Part shown: positions 39,651 to 50,460 of the stretch, piece by piece
Position numbering within the stretch: the stretch's first letter is position 1
Layout: each line of letters starts with the position of its first letter
DNA from: Candidatus Nomurabacteria bacterium
GTDB lineage: Bacteria > Patescibacteriota > Minisyncoccia > Phycocordibacterales > UBA5272
Direction: 5' to 3'
Length of the DNA: 64,000 bases
Assembly (NCBI GenBank): GCA_040376695.1
Contig: JBEIQD010000001.1
Coordinates: forward strand, 145,437-209,436
Made by a program: the position numbers and the translations under genes
Notes under the pieces: model-generated
Seen by the model: only the letters and a program-made list of their open reading frames with translations
Databases searched by the model: none
Told to the model about the DNA's origin: nothing

Positions 39651-40751
39651 CTATCTACCGTAGTACATATCAGAAGAGATCACTCTCTTGAAACATGTCT
39701 TGCCAATACCGTGATTCCAAAACGCTGAAGTGTCTCCAGAGTAATAGTAATTTGATGCAGAATACATCTTATCCTCAAACACTGGAGTTCCTCGATCATC
39801 GTACTTTCGTTCAGTTTCGAACGTTGCGCAGATTTCGAAGATGGCCGGTGTTGTGAGTTCTTTTTTACCCGCAACAGCAGTTGCTCTTACTACTGGCTGC
39901 TGAAGTACACGATACTCATACACTGCTCCAGTCACTGGATCCTTTGGAACAACGTATCCTTGAAAGGCATCATCAAGCTCCGAAAGGTCCTTTGGCAACT
40001 TGTCAGTACTTTGGAAATGATTAAAGATTTCCTGTTGAATACGAGACACATCGTTAAGGCGTGCATCGTCAATACGCTTAAGTCTCATTTCAGCTGGGGT
40101 CCCGATAATTGAAACACTCCAAACGAGAGAGACTAGTACAAATAACGCAGACACTGCTGCAATCATATTTGGAACCATTGTCTTCTTTGAATAATCGCGA
40201 CGGAGTGCATAAATATAATACCCTCCAACAGCGGCAGCGATAACAAACACAGCAAGCGCCTTAAGTTCGAAACGAACAGTAAGTTCTCCGCCGAGGTATG
40301 TGTAAATTGTTGCAACAAGAGAACCCAGAAGGGTTACTGCCGTTACAAATAGCGTTGTGTAGATAAAAATCTTACGAATAAGAAGATCACGCTTGAAAAG
40401 AAACTTCTTAATGTCTCTCGAAACGTACATTGAAAGAGCGAGATAAATAGGAAACATAACCACAAGAGAAGCAATAGCCATACGCATATCGCTTCCGTAC
40501 ATATCCACATACTGCCCAACTTCTAGCACATCCGTGAACTTACGTTCAATAGCGGTAAAAAGTATTTGAATAATGTTTGTCACCGACACAATAAGTGAGA
40601 TGAAAATACCGAGATACATAAACACATCGAGAGCCTTTGTTTTTGATTCCATAGAATTTGTATTTTTCTTTACAAGAAAATAAATAAGCGCACTAAAACC
40701 TCCAAGTATAAGTAACGGAATAAGTAGACCGACAAGAATTAATATTGTCAT
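39651..40751 (-). CDS. DUF5671-like membrane protein with pilin-like C-terminal domain
   Basis: DVFMYLG, YTYLGGELTVRF, KDPVTGAVYEY, FEICATF. Confidence 0.75.
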   Translation of the reverse strand: MTILILVGLLIPLLILGGFSALIYFLVKKNTNSMESKTKALDVFMYLGIFISLIVSVTNIIQILFTAIERKFTDVLEVGQYVDMYGSDMRMAIASLVVMFPIYLALSMYVSRDIKKFLFKRDLLIRKIFIYTTLFVTAVTLLGSLVATIYTYLGGELTVRFELKALAVFVIAAAVGGYYIYALRRDYSKKTMVPNMIAAVSALFVLVSLVWSVSIIGTPAEMRLKRIDDARLNDVSRIQQEIFNHFQSTDKLPKDLSELDDAFQGYVVPKDPVTGAVYEYRVLQQPVVRATAVAGKKELTTPAIFEICATFETERKYDDRGTPVFEDKMYSASNYYYSGDTSAFWNHGIGKTCFKRVISSDMYYGR

Positions 40752-40789
40752 ACCTTTATTTTACCATGTTTATGGTATAGTAAAAACAT

Positions 40790-41272
40790 ATGAAATCCCC
40801 TTCAAATACCCCAATAAACGACCTTGAGGTTCTTGCGCTTAAGATTACTAAGTGGACTGGATCAATTTGGTCAATCATTGCTCATACCCTTTTATTCATA
40901 GGAGCCTTTACATTGGTTCTCATGGGTGTTGATCTTGATCGAGTACTTCTTGTGTTAACAACAGTTGTATCTCTTGAAGCAATTTACTTATCCATCTTCA
41001 TTCAAATGAGTGTTAACCATCAGGCACGAGCTCTCGCAAATGTTGAAAAAGACATTGATGAAATTCAGGAGGACGTTGAAGAGATTGCTGAGGATATGGA
41101 AGAGATTGCTGAGGATGTTGAGGAAATCGCAGAAGACGTCGAAGAGATTGCTGAAGACGTGGAAGAAATGCAAGAAGATATTGATGAGATTCAGGAAGAT
41201 GTGGATGAAATTCAGGAGGACGTTGAGGTAATTACTGAAGAACACGAAAAAGAACTAGAGGCGAAGAAATAA
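40790..41272 (+). CDS. DUF1003-like membrane protein with acidic heptad tail
   Basis: LTTVVSLEAIYLSIFIQMSVN then (DVEEIAE)n. Confidence 0.8.
   Translation: MKSPSNTPINDLEVLALKITKWTGSIWSIIAHTLLFIGAFTLVLMGVDLDRVLLVLTTVVSLEAIYLSIFIQMSVNHQARALANVEKDIDEIQEDVEEIAEDMEEIAEDVEEIAEDVEEIAEDVEEMQEDIDEIQEDVDEIQEDVEVITEEHEKELEAKK
41052..41228 (+). repeat. Degenerate 21-nt coding tandem repeat (about 8 units)
   Basis: GAAGAGATTGCTGAGGATRTN-type units encoding D-[VIM]-[ED]-E-[IM]-[AQ]-E. Confidence 0.85.
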
Positions 41273-41309
41273 TAAAAAGACCGCATCATGATGCGGTCTT
41301 TTTATTATT
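41268..41309. terminator. Bidirectional terminator (perfect 42-bp palindrome)
   Basis: AATAATAAAAAGACCGCATCA|TGATGCGGTCTTTTTATTATT. Confidence 0.85.
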
Positions 41310-41321
41310 CTTATACTTTAC

Positions 41322-41660
41322 TTATTCAAATGCGTGAAGTGACCAGTTGATGATTGAAAGTACAATTGAGAAATATATTGCCATCAGAAGTGACGGAATA
41401 CTGAACCCATCAACTAATTTTGCCGCCAAGAGAATCATCAGCCCATTTATAACAAATGAAAATAATCCCAGAGTCACAATATTAATTGGAAGTGAGATGA
41501 TAGTAATAATTGGCTTGATCGTGTGATTGATAATAGCGAGTGCTAAAGCAACCAATACTGCAGTAGCCCCTGTTTGCCACGCAAACACCATAGGCACACC
41601 AACTTTAGTTATGTAACTTGCTAAGAGAACTCCGATCGTTCTAATGAATATGTAGGTCAT
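41322..41660 (-). CDS. YvlD-like 4-TM 'phage holin' family membrane protein
   Basis: IKPIITIISLPINIVTLGLFSFVING. Confidence 0.88.
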   Translation of the reverse strand: MTYIFIRTIGVLLASYITKVGVPMVFAWQTGATAVLVALALAIINHTIKPIITIISLPINIVTLGLFSFVINGLMILLAAKLVDGFSIPSLLMAIYFSIVLSIINWSLHAFE

Positions 41661-41663
41661 ATA

Positions 41664-41930
41664 TTATATGTTAGCACCTTCTTCTTTAAGAATGTTGCGC
41701 TTACTGGTAATTCCGCCGCGATTATACCCACCCATTTTCCCATCACTACGAATGACACGATGACATGGAATTTCTGGGTTAAAATTTTTACTGAGCACGG
41801 TTCCAACTGCACGTGAAGCATTTGGCTTTCCAATTTTTATTGCAACTTCTTTATAGGTCATAAAATCCCCTTTTGGGATTTTGGCTACGACATCATATAC
41901 CGCTTCTTTAAATGTTATTGGTTGCTTCAT
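41664..41930 (-). CDS. MGMT/Ogt family alkyltransferase domain protein
   Basis: IPKG..TYKEVA, RAVG, IPCHRV. Confidence 0.9.
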   Translation of the reverse strand: MKQPITFKEAVYDVVAKIPKGDFMTYKEVAIKIGKPNASRAVGTVLSKNFNPEIPCHRVIRSDGKMGGYNRGGITSKRNILKEEGANI

Positions 41931-41933
41931 ATA

Positions 41934-42317
41934 CTATGAGACGATTTTACTATGGACTTCTTTCAACTCTTCCTCAGAAGCATCATATGCACTCCCTACA
42001 TCAAGATCCTTAATGCTGTTACTTGGAATAAGGTGAACGTGGGCATGTGGCACTTCAAAACCAGCAACAATCACACCGACACGAGAACAGCTAAGTTTTT
42101 CTTTAAGAATCTTCGTTACCACTTTTGCAGTATTCCACATGTGCATAAAGTATTCTTCTGGTACATCATCCCAGTGATCTACTTCAACTTTAGGAACTAT
42201 CAGTGTGTGACCTTTTGTCTGTGGTCTAATCGTTAAGAATGCAATAGTGTACTCATCTTCATATATCTTGTATGCAGGAATTTCACCTGCGATTATTTTT
42301 GTAAAAATTGATGACAT
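41934..42317 (-). CDS. HIT family hydrolase
   Basis: SIFTKII, HAHVH triad. Confidence 0.93.
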   Translation of the reverse strand: MSSIFTKIIAGEIPAYKIYEDEYTIAFLTIRPQTKGHTLIVPKVEVDHWDDVPEEYFMHMWNTAKVVTKILKEKLSCSRVGVIVAGFEVPHAHVHLIPSNSIKDLDVGSAYDASEEELKEVHSKIVS

Positions 42318-42324
42318 GATATGT

Positions 42325-42702
42325 TTATTTTTCTTCTTTAAATTCCATACAAATTGAATTCATACAGTAACGCTTACCAGTCGTAGCTGGTCCATCATCA
42401 AATACGTGTCCCAGGTGTGCATGGCACGTAGCACACCTCACTTCTGTACGAAGCATGCCAAGTGAAGTATCTTCAACATTCTCTGTTGCGCCAGGTAACG
42501 CTTGATCAAACGAAGGCCATCCTGAACCTGATTCAAATTTTGCATCTGATGCAAATAATGGAGTACCGCAGACTTTGCAGCTAAACATCCCAGCTCGGTG
42601 TTCATTAAGAAGCTTCCCTGTAAAAGGCGCTTCGGTCCCACCGTTAAAAAGCACGTGATTTTCTTCTGGAGTTAATTCTTTTTTTCGTTCTTCTATATTC
42701 AT
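42325..42702 (-). CDS. msrB: Methionine-R-sulfoxide reductase
   Basis: SGSGWPSF, HLGHVFDDGP, RYCMNS. Confidence 0.96.
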   Translation of the reverse strand: MNIEERKKELTPEENHVLFNGGTEAPFTGKLLNEHRAGMFSCKVCGTPLFASDAKFESGSGWPSFDQALPGATENVEDTSLGMLRTEVRCATCHAHLGHVFDDGPATTGKRYCMNSICMEFKEEK

Positions 42703-42708
42703 ATTTAG

Positions 42709-43254
42709 TTAGATTATTTTTTTAACCTGCTCCATTCTTGCCTCCCTATTTCCTGATATTACTTTAACTGTAATATTATATTTTCTTGAGAGCTCGAATA
42801 ACACCCTCAGAAAATGATTATTAACTATATCGATATACTCTGCGGTAATATCTCGTGTTCCATCGTCAACAAGCGGCACAGCAACAGCAGTAGGAATAAA
42901 GAAATACATATCAACACTTTGTAGAGTGTCCTTCATCATCGCCTCAGTTTCATCAACAAACCATTTTGGAATAGTGCCAGCTTCGTATTGAACATAGGTA
43001 TACACATAGTTATCAATAAGACATCTGTCAAAAATAACATTATACGCAGTGTTGTGACGCAACTGACCAAACATAAAATCACGAATTGCTTTTTGACTAT
43101 CAACACTCGTTAATTGATTAACCTCTAATTCTTTCTCCTCAACAAGATCTCGATATGTTTCGGGAGGTGTTGTGTAATGAAGGAATTCAGTTAAAAAATC
43201 TTTTATAAAAGTTGATTTGCCTGTATTTTGTGGACCAAGTACTGCGATTCTCAT
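42709..43254 (-). CDS. NadR/Ttd14-like P-loop kinase/ATPase
   Basis: GPQNTGKST, FDRCLID, DDGTR. Confidence 0.75.
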   Translation of the reverse strand: MRIAVLGPQNTGKSTFIKDFLTEFLHYTTPPETYRDLVEEKELEVNQLTSVDSQKAIRDFMFGQLRHNTAYNVIFDRCLIDNYVYTYVQYEAGTIPKWFVDETEAMMKDTLQSVDMYFFIPTAVAVPLVDDGTRDITAEYIDIVNNHFLRVLFELSRKYNITVKVISGNREARMEQVKKII

Positions 43255-43273
43255 AGGATGAGTATATCATCCA

Positions 43274-43813
43274 CTACTTAGACCATTCTATGTGCTTTTC
43301 TTCCCGAATAACACACGTTTTGTTAACGAACCCTTCTCGGCCACTTCCAGTTCTATACAGCATATAGTGTGTTGGATTTTTTTCTGCGTAGTTCTGATGA
43401 TATTCTTCAGCTTTATAAAATTGCTTACGTGGCAAAATATCTACTTGAGATGGTACATCATACACATGACTTTCATTCAACTCAGCTAATACATGTTCAG
43501 CAATTTCTTTCTCTTCTTCGTTTTCATAATATATTCCTGTTCTATAGCTCTCACCTCTATCGCCAAATTGTCCACCAGTATCTGTTGGGTCAATATGATC
43601 AATAAAAAACTGAAGTACTTTTTTATACGAAGTCATATCAACATCATATTCAACAAGAACAACCTCTCTATGTCCTGCATGATTTTCATACGTTGGATTA
43701 ACACTATCACCACCAGAATATCCTGAAACAACAGATACAACACCAACAGCTTCATGTAAGTCATGCTCAATGCACCAGAAACATCCACCTGCGAGAACTA
43801 AAGATTTTGTCAT
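43274..43813 (-). CDS. msrA: Methionine-S-sulfoxide reductase
   Basis: AGGCFWC, GQFGDRGESY, AEEYHQNY. Confidence 0.96.
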   Translation of the reverse strand: MTKSLVLAGGCFWCIEHDLHEAVGVVSVVSGYSGGDSVNPTYENHAGHREVVLVEYDVDMTSYKKVLQFFIDHIDPTDTGGQFGDRGESYRTGIYYENEEEKEIAEHVLAELNESHVYDVPSQVDILPRKQFYKAEEYHQNYAEKNPTHYMLYRTGSGREGFVNKTCVIREEKHIEWSK

Positions 43814-43849
43814 TGTTAGATAAGAAGTCTTTATATCATTTAATAATAG

Positions 43850-44941
43850 CTATTGATACTGTACATAGCTAGGACGTGGTCGCCACGTCATAATCTCAAT
43901 TGGAGTAAGTAATCTTGTACTTGGTGACCTAAGATCATTCTTATAAAAAAGCTTTACACCTGTAAACTGTACTGGCTCACTCGCAACAACTTGACGATAA
44001 ATCCCTGTTTTTAATTCTGGTGTTCCCCATCCGTCCATAGTCATAACTACCTGCACCTGTTTTGTGGGTTTAATAGCCTGATAATTAGTTACCATCTTTT
44101 CCGTAAAACGATGCACCACCAAAACCTTTGGAGGAAGATTATTTTCTTCGACGACTTGTGACAACATTGTAATAACATCATTAATTTGACTTGCATCAAG
44201 AGTGCCGATATATTCTCCTGGCTTTTGACTCCCTTTCATTGCGAACTCAGGATCAATACCGAGATGAATTTGAGGCTGCTTGAGATATGGAAGAATTGCA
44301 GCGACTTCTTTTTGAATAGTGCTTTGTCCCGCCTGTACATCCAAGAACACAACGCCATTCACTTCTTTAGCTAGTGTGATAGCTTTTTCAATTTCTGAAT
44401 CGGGCATACGCGCAGTCCAGTCACCGTCCGCTCCAGCAGTTCCTTGTGCAACTGTCACGATGTAGTGGATAGCAGGAGTAACTGGAGTACTTGGATCAGC
44501 TTCTTCCCATGCTCGAACCTCCTTTCTCAGGCGAGTAAGCATTTCATCGGGCGGATATTCTCCAAGCGCTCCCATCTTAGTCGAGTAAAAGTTTCCATAG
44601 TACGCAATAATACGGGTAAATGGTAAAAGTGCTCCGTCTCCTGGGTACACCGCCTTTACTGGCCACGCATATACTTTCGGTGTCGTTGTTGCAGTGCTAG
44701 TAGCGACTGGTAAACGGTTAGCAAGCGCTAACATCTTTTGATCATATACATCTTTATCGAGCGCTTTTCTCGTAGGAATAATTTCTGGTTCTAGGATTTT
44801 TCCAACAAGCTCTTCTTTGGAATACTTAACAGTATTCGGACTAAAGTATGCATACGTAAAATAAATAATAAAAAGAGCAACCACCGCTCCGAAACTACCA
44901 GCTATTATCATCTTATGACTATTTGATTGCTTTTGAGACAT
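43850..44941 (-). CDS. Conserved hypothetical membrane-anchored exported protein
   Basis: N-terminal TM; IIAYYG..MGALGE, HLGIDPEF, MDGWG, GVKLFYKND. Confidence 0.75.
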   Translation of the reverse strand: MSQKQSNSHKMIIAGSFGAVVALFIIYFTYAYFSPNTVKYSKEELVGKILEPEIIPTRKALDKDVYDQKMLALANRLPVATSTATTTPKVYAWPVKAVYPGDGALLPFTRIIAYYGNFYSTKMGALGEYPPDEMLTRLRKEVRAWEEADPSTPVTPAIHYIVTVAQGTAGADGDWTARMPDSEIEKAITLAKEVNGVVFLDVQAGQSTIQKEVAAILPYLKQPQIHLGIDPEFAMKGSQKPGEYIGTLDASQINDVITMLSQVVEENNLPPKVLVVHRFTEKMVTNYQAIKPTKQVQVVMTMDGWGTPELKTGIYRQVVASEPVQFTGVKLFYKNDLRSPSTRLLTPIEIMTWRPRPSYVQYQ

Positions 44942-45039
44942 ATAATAAAAGAGAGTATACCCTTTACACTTAAAAATAGACATGTGAGTAACACGTAGGT
45001 TCACATGCAGGCCATTTTATGATAGGATATTTCCTACAT

Positions 45040-45123
45040 GCGTCGGTGGTGGAGTGGTCAATCACAACAGACTGTAAATCTGTCGCCCTTCGGGCTTCGC
45101 TGGTTCAAATCCAGCCCGGCGCA
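45040..45123 (+). tRNA. tRNA-Tyr(GTA)
   Basis: ACAGA-CTGTAAA-TCTGT anticodon arm, long variable arm, GTTCAAATCC. Confidence 0.95.
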
Positions 45124-45125
45124 CA

Positions 45126-45173
45126 CAAATATAAAAATCCCCATGAAATATTTCATGGGGATTTTTATATTTG
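45126..45173. terminator. Bidirectional terminator (perfect 48-bp palindrome)
   Basis: CAAATATAAAAATCCCCATGAAAT|ATTTCATGGGGATTTTTATATTTG between tRNA-Tyr and clpB. Confidence 0.85.
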
Positions 45174-45193
45174 CTGTAAAGCCTGGATTTGTC

Positions 45194-47899
45194 CTACTTC
45201 TTTACTACAAGATCCTTTTTTGATATCGGGCTTGGAATCTTCTTTGGCTTTTTAGCCTCAACAATAACGTCTCCCTTTTTATCAAGCGTCACGGCTGCTA
45301 TTCCCCCTTTCGTAAACTTCTTCGAAAGCATGAGAGATGCTACTTGATTCAAAATATGAGTTTGAATAAATCGCTTGATAGGACGGGCTCCATAATGAGG
45401 GTCAAATGATTTATCTGCAATATGAGCGAGTGCTTCTTCTGTTACTTCAAGAGTAATGTCTTTCTCTTGAATTCGTTTTGCAATTTGAGCCATCTGCAAA
45501 CCTACAATTTGCTTCACCTGACCCTTGTCGAGTACATCAAAGATAATTGTCTCATCTAGACGGTTTAAAAACTCAGGCTTAAAGAATTCCTTAAGAGATT
45601 CCATAACTCGTTCTTTTACTTGAGCATACTCAGATCCTGCTGTGTGATTAGTAAATCCAATCTGCTCCATTTTCTGTATATGCTGACTTCCAATGTTTGA
45701 AGTCATAACAATAATTGTATTCTTGAAGTTAACAATACGCCCCTTACTGTCTGTAAGTCGCCCCTCATCAAGAACTTGAAGTAGTAGGTTAAATACTTCC
45801 GGGTGTGCCTTTTCAACTTCATCGAATAAAATTACAGCATATGGACGATGACGAACCGCTTCAGTGAGTTGCCCTGATTCATCATATCCAACATATCCTG
45901 GAGGACTTCCAATCAGCTTTGATGTTGAATGTTTTTCCATGTACTCACTCATATCCACTTTAATGAGCGCTTTCTCATCGTTAAACATAAACGAAGCTAA
46001 TGCTTTGGTAAGTTCTGTTTTTCCAACTCCTGTAGGTCCAAGGAAAAGGAATGAGCCAATCGGTCGATCTGGATCATTAATCCCCGCACGACTTCTACGA
46101 ACAGCTCCACTTATTTTTTCAATTGCATCACGCTGTCCAATCACGCGCTCGCCTAATCCTTCTTCCATGTGTGCTAATTTTTCTTCTTCCTCTTCCAACA
46201 TTTTCACAACAGGAATACCGGTCCAACGAGCTACCACTGAAGCAATATCTTCTTCAGTAATTTCTTCACGAAGAATTCTGCGAGTCTTCTGAAGTTTCTT
46301 TAGCTTCTCCATTCGCTCAGTGAGTTCACGAGTAAGTTCTGGAATTTGTCCATAACGAATCTCTGCTGCGCGAGTAAGGTCAGCGCGCATTTCTGCATTT
46401 TCTGCTTCAATACGGAGAGTTTCAAGAGACTTTTTAAGTTCACCTATTTCAGTAAGTGTCTTCTTTTCATTTTTCCACTTAAGCTCAAGTTCCCGAGTCT
46501 TCTCTTTCACGTTTGCAATTTCTTCGTCGATAGCGTGGATCCGTTTTTCAGTTCCTGTTCCATGCGCATCATCGTCTTCCTTGTGTGCAACAAGTTCCTT
46601 TGTAAGAGCTTCTTTTTCAATTTCTAAACGCATGATTCTGCGGTGGGCTTCATCAAGTACGGGCGGCTTGTTCTCAAGCGCAATACGAAGAGACGAAGCA
46701 GCTTCATCAATAAGGTCAATTGCCTTGTCAGGAAGGAATCGTGACGTAATATATCGCGTTGAAAGATTTACCGCTGAAATAAGAGCGTCATCTGTAATAC
46801 GAACACCATGGAAGAGTTCATATTTCTCTTTAAGCCCACGCAAAATAGCGAGTGTATCGAGCTCTGTTGGCTCTTCTACAAATACTGGCTGGAAACGACG
46901 AGCAAGCGCTGGGTCTTTTTCGATATGCTTCTGATACTCCTTAATCGTTGTTGCTCCAATCGCACGAAGCTCTCCGCGGGAGAGCGCGGGCTTGAGTAAA
47001 TTCGCAGCGTCTGCCGATCCTTCAGTGGCTCCTGCTCCAACGATTGTATGAATCTCGTCGATGAAAAGAATGATACCTCCCTCTGAGCGTTCAATTTCTT
47101 TCATAATTGCTTTAAGACGCTCTTCAAATTCTCCGCGGAATTTTGTTCCAGCGATAAGCATTCCTAGATCAAGGGAAACAAGTTCTTTATCTTTCAAAGA
47201 TTCAGGAACATCCCCTTTTGCCATGCGAATAGCAAGCCCTTCAACTACAGCTGTTTTTCCAACTCCGGCTTCACCGATGAGAATTGGATTATTCTTTGTT
47301 CTACGAGAAAGAATCTGCATAAGGCGCATGATTTCCGTATCTCGACCTATAACTGGATCCAACTTGTCAGCGCGTGCTAGTTCTGTGAAATTACGTGTGT
47401 ATTTTGCAAGGGCTTTATTTTTCTTTCCACCTTGTGCTTCAGTAATATTTTGTGAGCGAAGTTCCTCTAATATATGATATGCGGCGTCCTTATCAATTCG
47501 AAAACGTGCGAGCACTTCACGAACCTGCCCCTGTGATTCAAGTAATGACAGGAAGAGGTGTTCTGTTGAAACAAACTCATCTCCAAGAGCTTGGGCAACC
47601 TTCAGTGACATCTCTAGTGTTGTTGCAAGTTCAGGTGTGAGATACATCTGGTATGACGGACTCATTGTGGCTGATGCTCCTGGAACTTCGATTGCATCAA
47701 CAATACTGTCAGTAAGATGAACAATATCGATTTCTAATTTTTCTAAAATAGCATGAACAAGAGACTCCTCCTGTGTAAGAAGAGCTCCCATAAGATGAAG
47801 TGGGCTCACCTGGTTCTGTCCTCGCTCGATAGCAAGTTCATGCGCCCGACGAATCACTTCCTTTGCTTTGGTGGTGAAGTTGTTGAAATTTGGAGGCAT
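45194..47899 (-). CDS. clpB: ClpB chaperone
   Basis: Two AAA+ modules ([16 protein letters not shown]) and a long middle domain (AAEIRYG). Confidence 0.93.
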   Translation of the reverse strand: MPPNFNNFTTKAKEVIRRAHELAIERGQNQVSPLHLMGALLTQEESLVHAILEKLEIDIVHLTDSIVDAIEVPGASATMSPSYQMYLTPELATTLEMSLKVAQALGDEFVSTEHLFLSLLESQGQVREVLARFRIDKDAAYHILEELRSQNITEAQGGKKNKALAKYTRNFTELARADKLDPVIGRDTEIMRLMQILSRRTKNNPILIGEAGVGKTAVVEGLAIRMAKGDVPESLKDKELVSLDLGMLIAGTKFRGEFEERLKAIMKEIERSEGGIILFIDEIHTIVGAGATEGSADAANLLKPALSRGELRAIGATTIKEYQKHIEKDPALARRFQPVFVEEPTELDTLAILRGLKEKYELFHGVRITDDALISAVNLSTRYITSRFLPDKAIDLIDEAASSLRIALENKPPVLDEAHRRIMRLEIEKEALTKELVAHKEDDDAHGTGTEKRIHAIDEEIANVKEKTRELELKWKNEKKTLTEIGELKKSLETLRIEAENAEMRADLTRAAEIRYGQIPELTRELTERMEKLKKLQKTRRILREEITEEDIASVVARWTGIPVVKMLEEEEEKLAHMEEGLGERVIGQRDAIEKISGAVRRSRAGINDPDRPIGSFLFLGPTGVGKTELTKALASFMFNDEKALIKVDMSEYMEKHSTSKLIGSPPGYVGYDESGQLTEAVRHRPYAVILFDEVEKAHPEVFNLLLQVLDEGRLTDSKGRIVNFKNTIIVMTSNIGSQHIQKMEQIGFTNHTAGSEYAQVKERVMESLKEFFKPEFLNRLDETIIFDVLDKGQVKQIVGLQMAQIAKRIQEKDITLEVTEEALAHIADKSFDPHYGARPIKRFIQTHILNQVASLMLSKKFTKGGIAAVTLDKKGDVIVEAKKPKKIPSPISKKDLVVKK

Positions 47900-48016
47900 G
47901 GATTATAAATGTTAAGGCACGAAGTCTTTAGTTCAGTGTATCAGTTTTCTATCAATCAAGCGTGGTGGATAATCAGTCAATACGGTATATAGTATTTCTA
48001 ACAAATGGGGGTAGAA

Positions 48017-48055
48017 AGTCAAATGGACGATACGTATAGTATCGTCCATTTGACT
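48017..48055 (-). terminator. Hairpin/terminator after sod
   Basis: AGTCAAATGGACGATAC-GTATA-GTATCGTCCATTTGACT. Confidence 0.7.
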
Positions 48056-48071
48056 CGCTTGTTGACTCTAA

Positions 48072-48638
48072 TTACACAAGCCTTTTCTCCGCAACACTCC
48101 AATCAATAGTATTCATAAACGCAGCAATATAATCAGCGCGTTTGAGTCCGTAATCAACCATAAACGCGTGTTCAAATACATCCATGACAAGTACAGGGAC
48201 CGCTCCTGCTAAATTCCCTTCATTGTGTTCATTTACCCATGTGTTGAAAACCATTTTCTTTACTGGATCATACGCAAGCACCACCCACCCAATACCACGC
48301 ATTGTTCCGATACCAATAAATTCCTTCTGCCAGTTTTCAAATGAACCCCACACGTACTCAATAACTTTCTGTAATTCAGAACCTGAAGTCATTGCTACTC
48401 CACCATTTTTCATGTTCTCAAAATAAAGTTCATGGAGACGCATTCCGTTCCATTCCCATCCAAAACGACGATGAAGTTCAGCATATTCAGGAGTTCCAAT
48501 TTCAAGTGTTTTAAACTTTTCAACAAGAGCGTTTGTATTCTTCACATACCCCTGGTAGAGAGTAAAGTGATTAGTAAGCAACACATCAGAAAATCCAGGA
48601 GTTCCAAGCAGGTGTGCAAAATCTTTTTGTTCGTACAT
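48072..48638 (-). CDS. Fe/Mn superoxide dismutase family protein
   Basis: NGMRLHELYF, GIGWVVL, MDVFEHAF. Confidence 0.9.
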   Translation of the reverse strand: MYEQKDFAHLLGTPGFSDVLLTNHFTLYQGYVKNTNALVEKFKTLEIGTPEYAELHRRFGWEWNGMRLHELYFENMKNGGVAMTSGSELQKVIEYVWGSFENWQKEFIGIGTMRGIGWVVLAYDPVKKMVFNTWVNEHNEGNLAGAVPVLVMDVFEHAFMVDYGLKRADYIAAFMNTIDWSVAEKRLV

Positions 48639-48697
48639 AAATATAAGTATTAATTAGTAGTTGATAGTATCAGTGTAATACAGTACCAATCGAGTGA

Positions 48698-49894
48698 CTA
48701 GCGCCCAAAGGTTTCTTTTATACTTTTTAGTGAAGTAATAAGACTTTCCAAATCAGACTGTGTCGTATCACGCCCAAGTGTGATGCGCACATTTTCTAAT
48801 GATTCTTCCAGTGTTGCGCCGAGCGCTTGGACCACATAACTTCCATCAGTTTCCGCAGAGGCGCATGCTGATTTATGAGAGACAGCAAACCCCTTCGCGT
48901 CCAGTCGCAAAATAAGTTCATCACTCGTAATACCTGGAACACGAATGTTGATATTGTTTGGAAGCCGTTCTTTTACATCTCCGTAGATAGTTACATCAGG
49001 AATATAGCGTATAACTTCTTTAAAGAAGAAGTCTCGTAGCACTATGAGTCGTTCTGATTCGGCATCACGCAACTCAATTGCTTCAGTGAGCGCTTCAGCA
49101 AACGCTGCTGCGAGAGCTACTGATTCTGTTCCACTACGTAACTCTCGTTCTTGTCCACCACCGTAGGTTGTTGGTTCAACACTGATTCCTTCACGCTTAT
49201 AGAGTGCAGCTATTCCTTTTGGACCATATACCTTTGAAGCATTAACCGTAACCAGGTGTGCTTTAAGACGCACAACGTCAAGATTGCAATAATTTCCTGC
49301 CTGACATGCGTCCACGTGGAAATATGGATATGAAGTAAATGTTCTCTCTCGTTCTCTCTTCCATTCATCCAGCGCACGACCAATTTCTTTTATTGGCTGA
49401 ATAGTTCCAATTTCATTGTTGGCATACATAACTGACACCAGTATTGTTTCTTCTGTGAGAGCTTCACGAACATCTTTTACTTTTACAATTCCATTTCCAT
49501 ACACCGGAAGATAGGTCACACGAACTTTACCCATTTTCTCGAAATGACGAATCGGTTCAAGTACAGCAGGATGTTCAATTTCGGTTGTAATGATATGTGG
49601 GAGGTTAATTCCAGAAACTTTTGCAATGGTACCTAGAATCGCAATATTACAACTCTCTGTCCCTGTTCCAACAAATGTCACTTCATATGAATGAGCGTTC
49701 AACACAGTTGCAACAGTATTCCGTGCTTTTTGTAACACCTGGGATGCCTTGTCGCCTTCCTGATGAATTGCTGAAGGGTTGCCAAAGACGCTCAATCTTT
49801 CAATAAGAACAGCTTGGGCTCGCTTACTCACAGGTGTTGCGCCTGCGTTGTCGAGATAGATTCGTTTTTGTTTTTTTGTAAACAAATTAAACAT
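48698..49894 (-). CDS. Cysteine desulfurase (IscS/NifS family)
   Basis: YLDNAGATP, NNEIGTIQP, KVYGPKG, SACAS. Confidence 0.93.
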   Translation of the reverse strand: MFNLFTKKQKRIYLDNAGATPVSKRAQAVLIERLSVFGNPSAIHQEGDKASQVLQKARNTVATVLNAHSYEVTFVGTGTESCNIAILGTIAKVSGINLPHIITTEIEHPAVLEPIRHFEKMGKVRVTYLPVYGNGIVKVKDVREALTEETILVSVMYANNEIGTIQPIKEIGRALDEWKRERERTFTSYPYFHVDACQAGNYCNLDVVRLKAHLVTVNASKVYGPKGIAALYKREGISVEPTTYGGGQERELRSGTESVALAAAFAEALTEAIELRDAESERLIVLRDFFFKEVIRYIPDVTIYGDVKERLPNNINIRVPGITSDELILRLDAKGFAVSHKSACASAETDGSYVVQALGATLEESLENVRITLGRDTTQSDLESLITSLKSIKETFGR

Positions 49895-50016
49895 ACGAAT
49901 ACTCTATCACATCAAAAGAAAAAATCAGCTTGTCAAAAACAAGCAGACAAAATAAAAATGCTTCCAGATGTGCAATTGCACACATGGAAGCATTTAGGTT
50001 TCACCAGCACCGGTGT

Positions 50017-50460
50017 TCAGATGAGAACAGCGGCGCCTGGCGGCTCACCGAAGGAGGTTTCAGGCAAATGCGCACGGCCGGTGTAGTTCTGGTCGAAGAT
50101 GCCGGCAATCAGTGGCGGCGCCTTGATCTTGTCCACGGCTGGCCGCCACAACGCCGGGGTAATGCAGCTTGAGCCGCCCTGGCCCTTGCTGTCAGCACAT
50201 CCTGCGCCGATCAGTCGCACAGGCAGCATCTTGGAGATGCCCTGGCCCATGGGAACGAGCGCGAATGCCTTGCCTTCGGTCGCCGCGATGGCGCCAGAAA
50301 CCGGCTGCTGGTTGTTGACTTCTTTCACGCCGGCGATCTGGTCCTTGTTGGAGGCAGCGGCTGCGAGACCTGGCGGAGCCTGGCCCGTAGCAAAAGCACT
50401 CGTGGAAATGCCGACAGACAGCGTCATGCACAGCATGGCCGCAACCAAAGATTTCTTCAT
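50017..50460 (-). CDS. GC-rich orphan secreted protein
   Basis: AAGGAG SD; signal peptide MKKSLVAAMLCMTLSVGISTSAFA; hairpin at about 49955-49996 downstream. Confidence 0.65.
   Translation of the reverse strand: MKKSLVAAMLCMTLSVGISTSAFATGQAPPGLAAAASNKDQIAGVKEVNNQQPVSGAIAATEGKAFALVPMGQGISKMLPVRLIGAGCADSKGQGGSSCITPALWRPAVDKIKAPPLIAGIFDQNYTGRAHLPETSFGEPPGAAVLI

Noticed and set aside
41052-41228. Tandem repeat as a CRISPR array
   Set aside because: Contiguous in-frame 21-nt coding units without spacers; no cas genes
41322-41660. 'Phage holin' family gene as evidence of a prophage
   Set aside because: The YvlD-like family is common in chromosomes, and no phage genes are nearby
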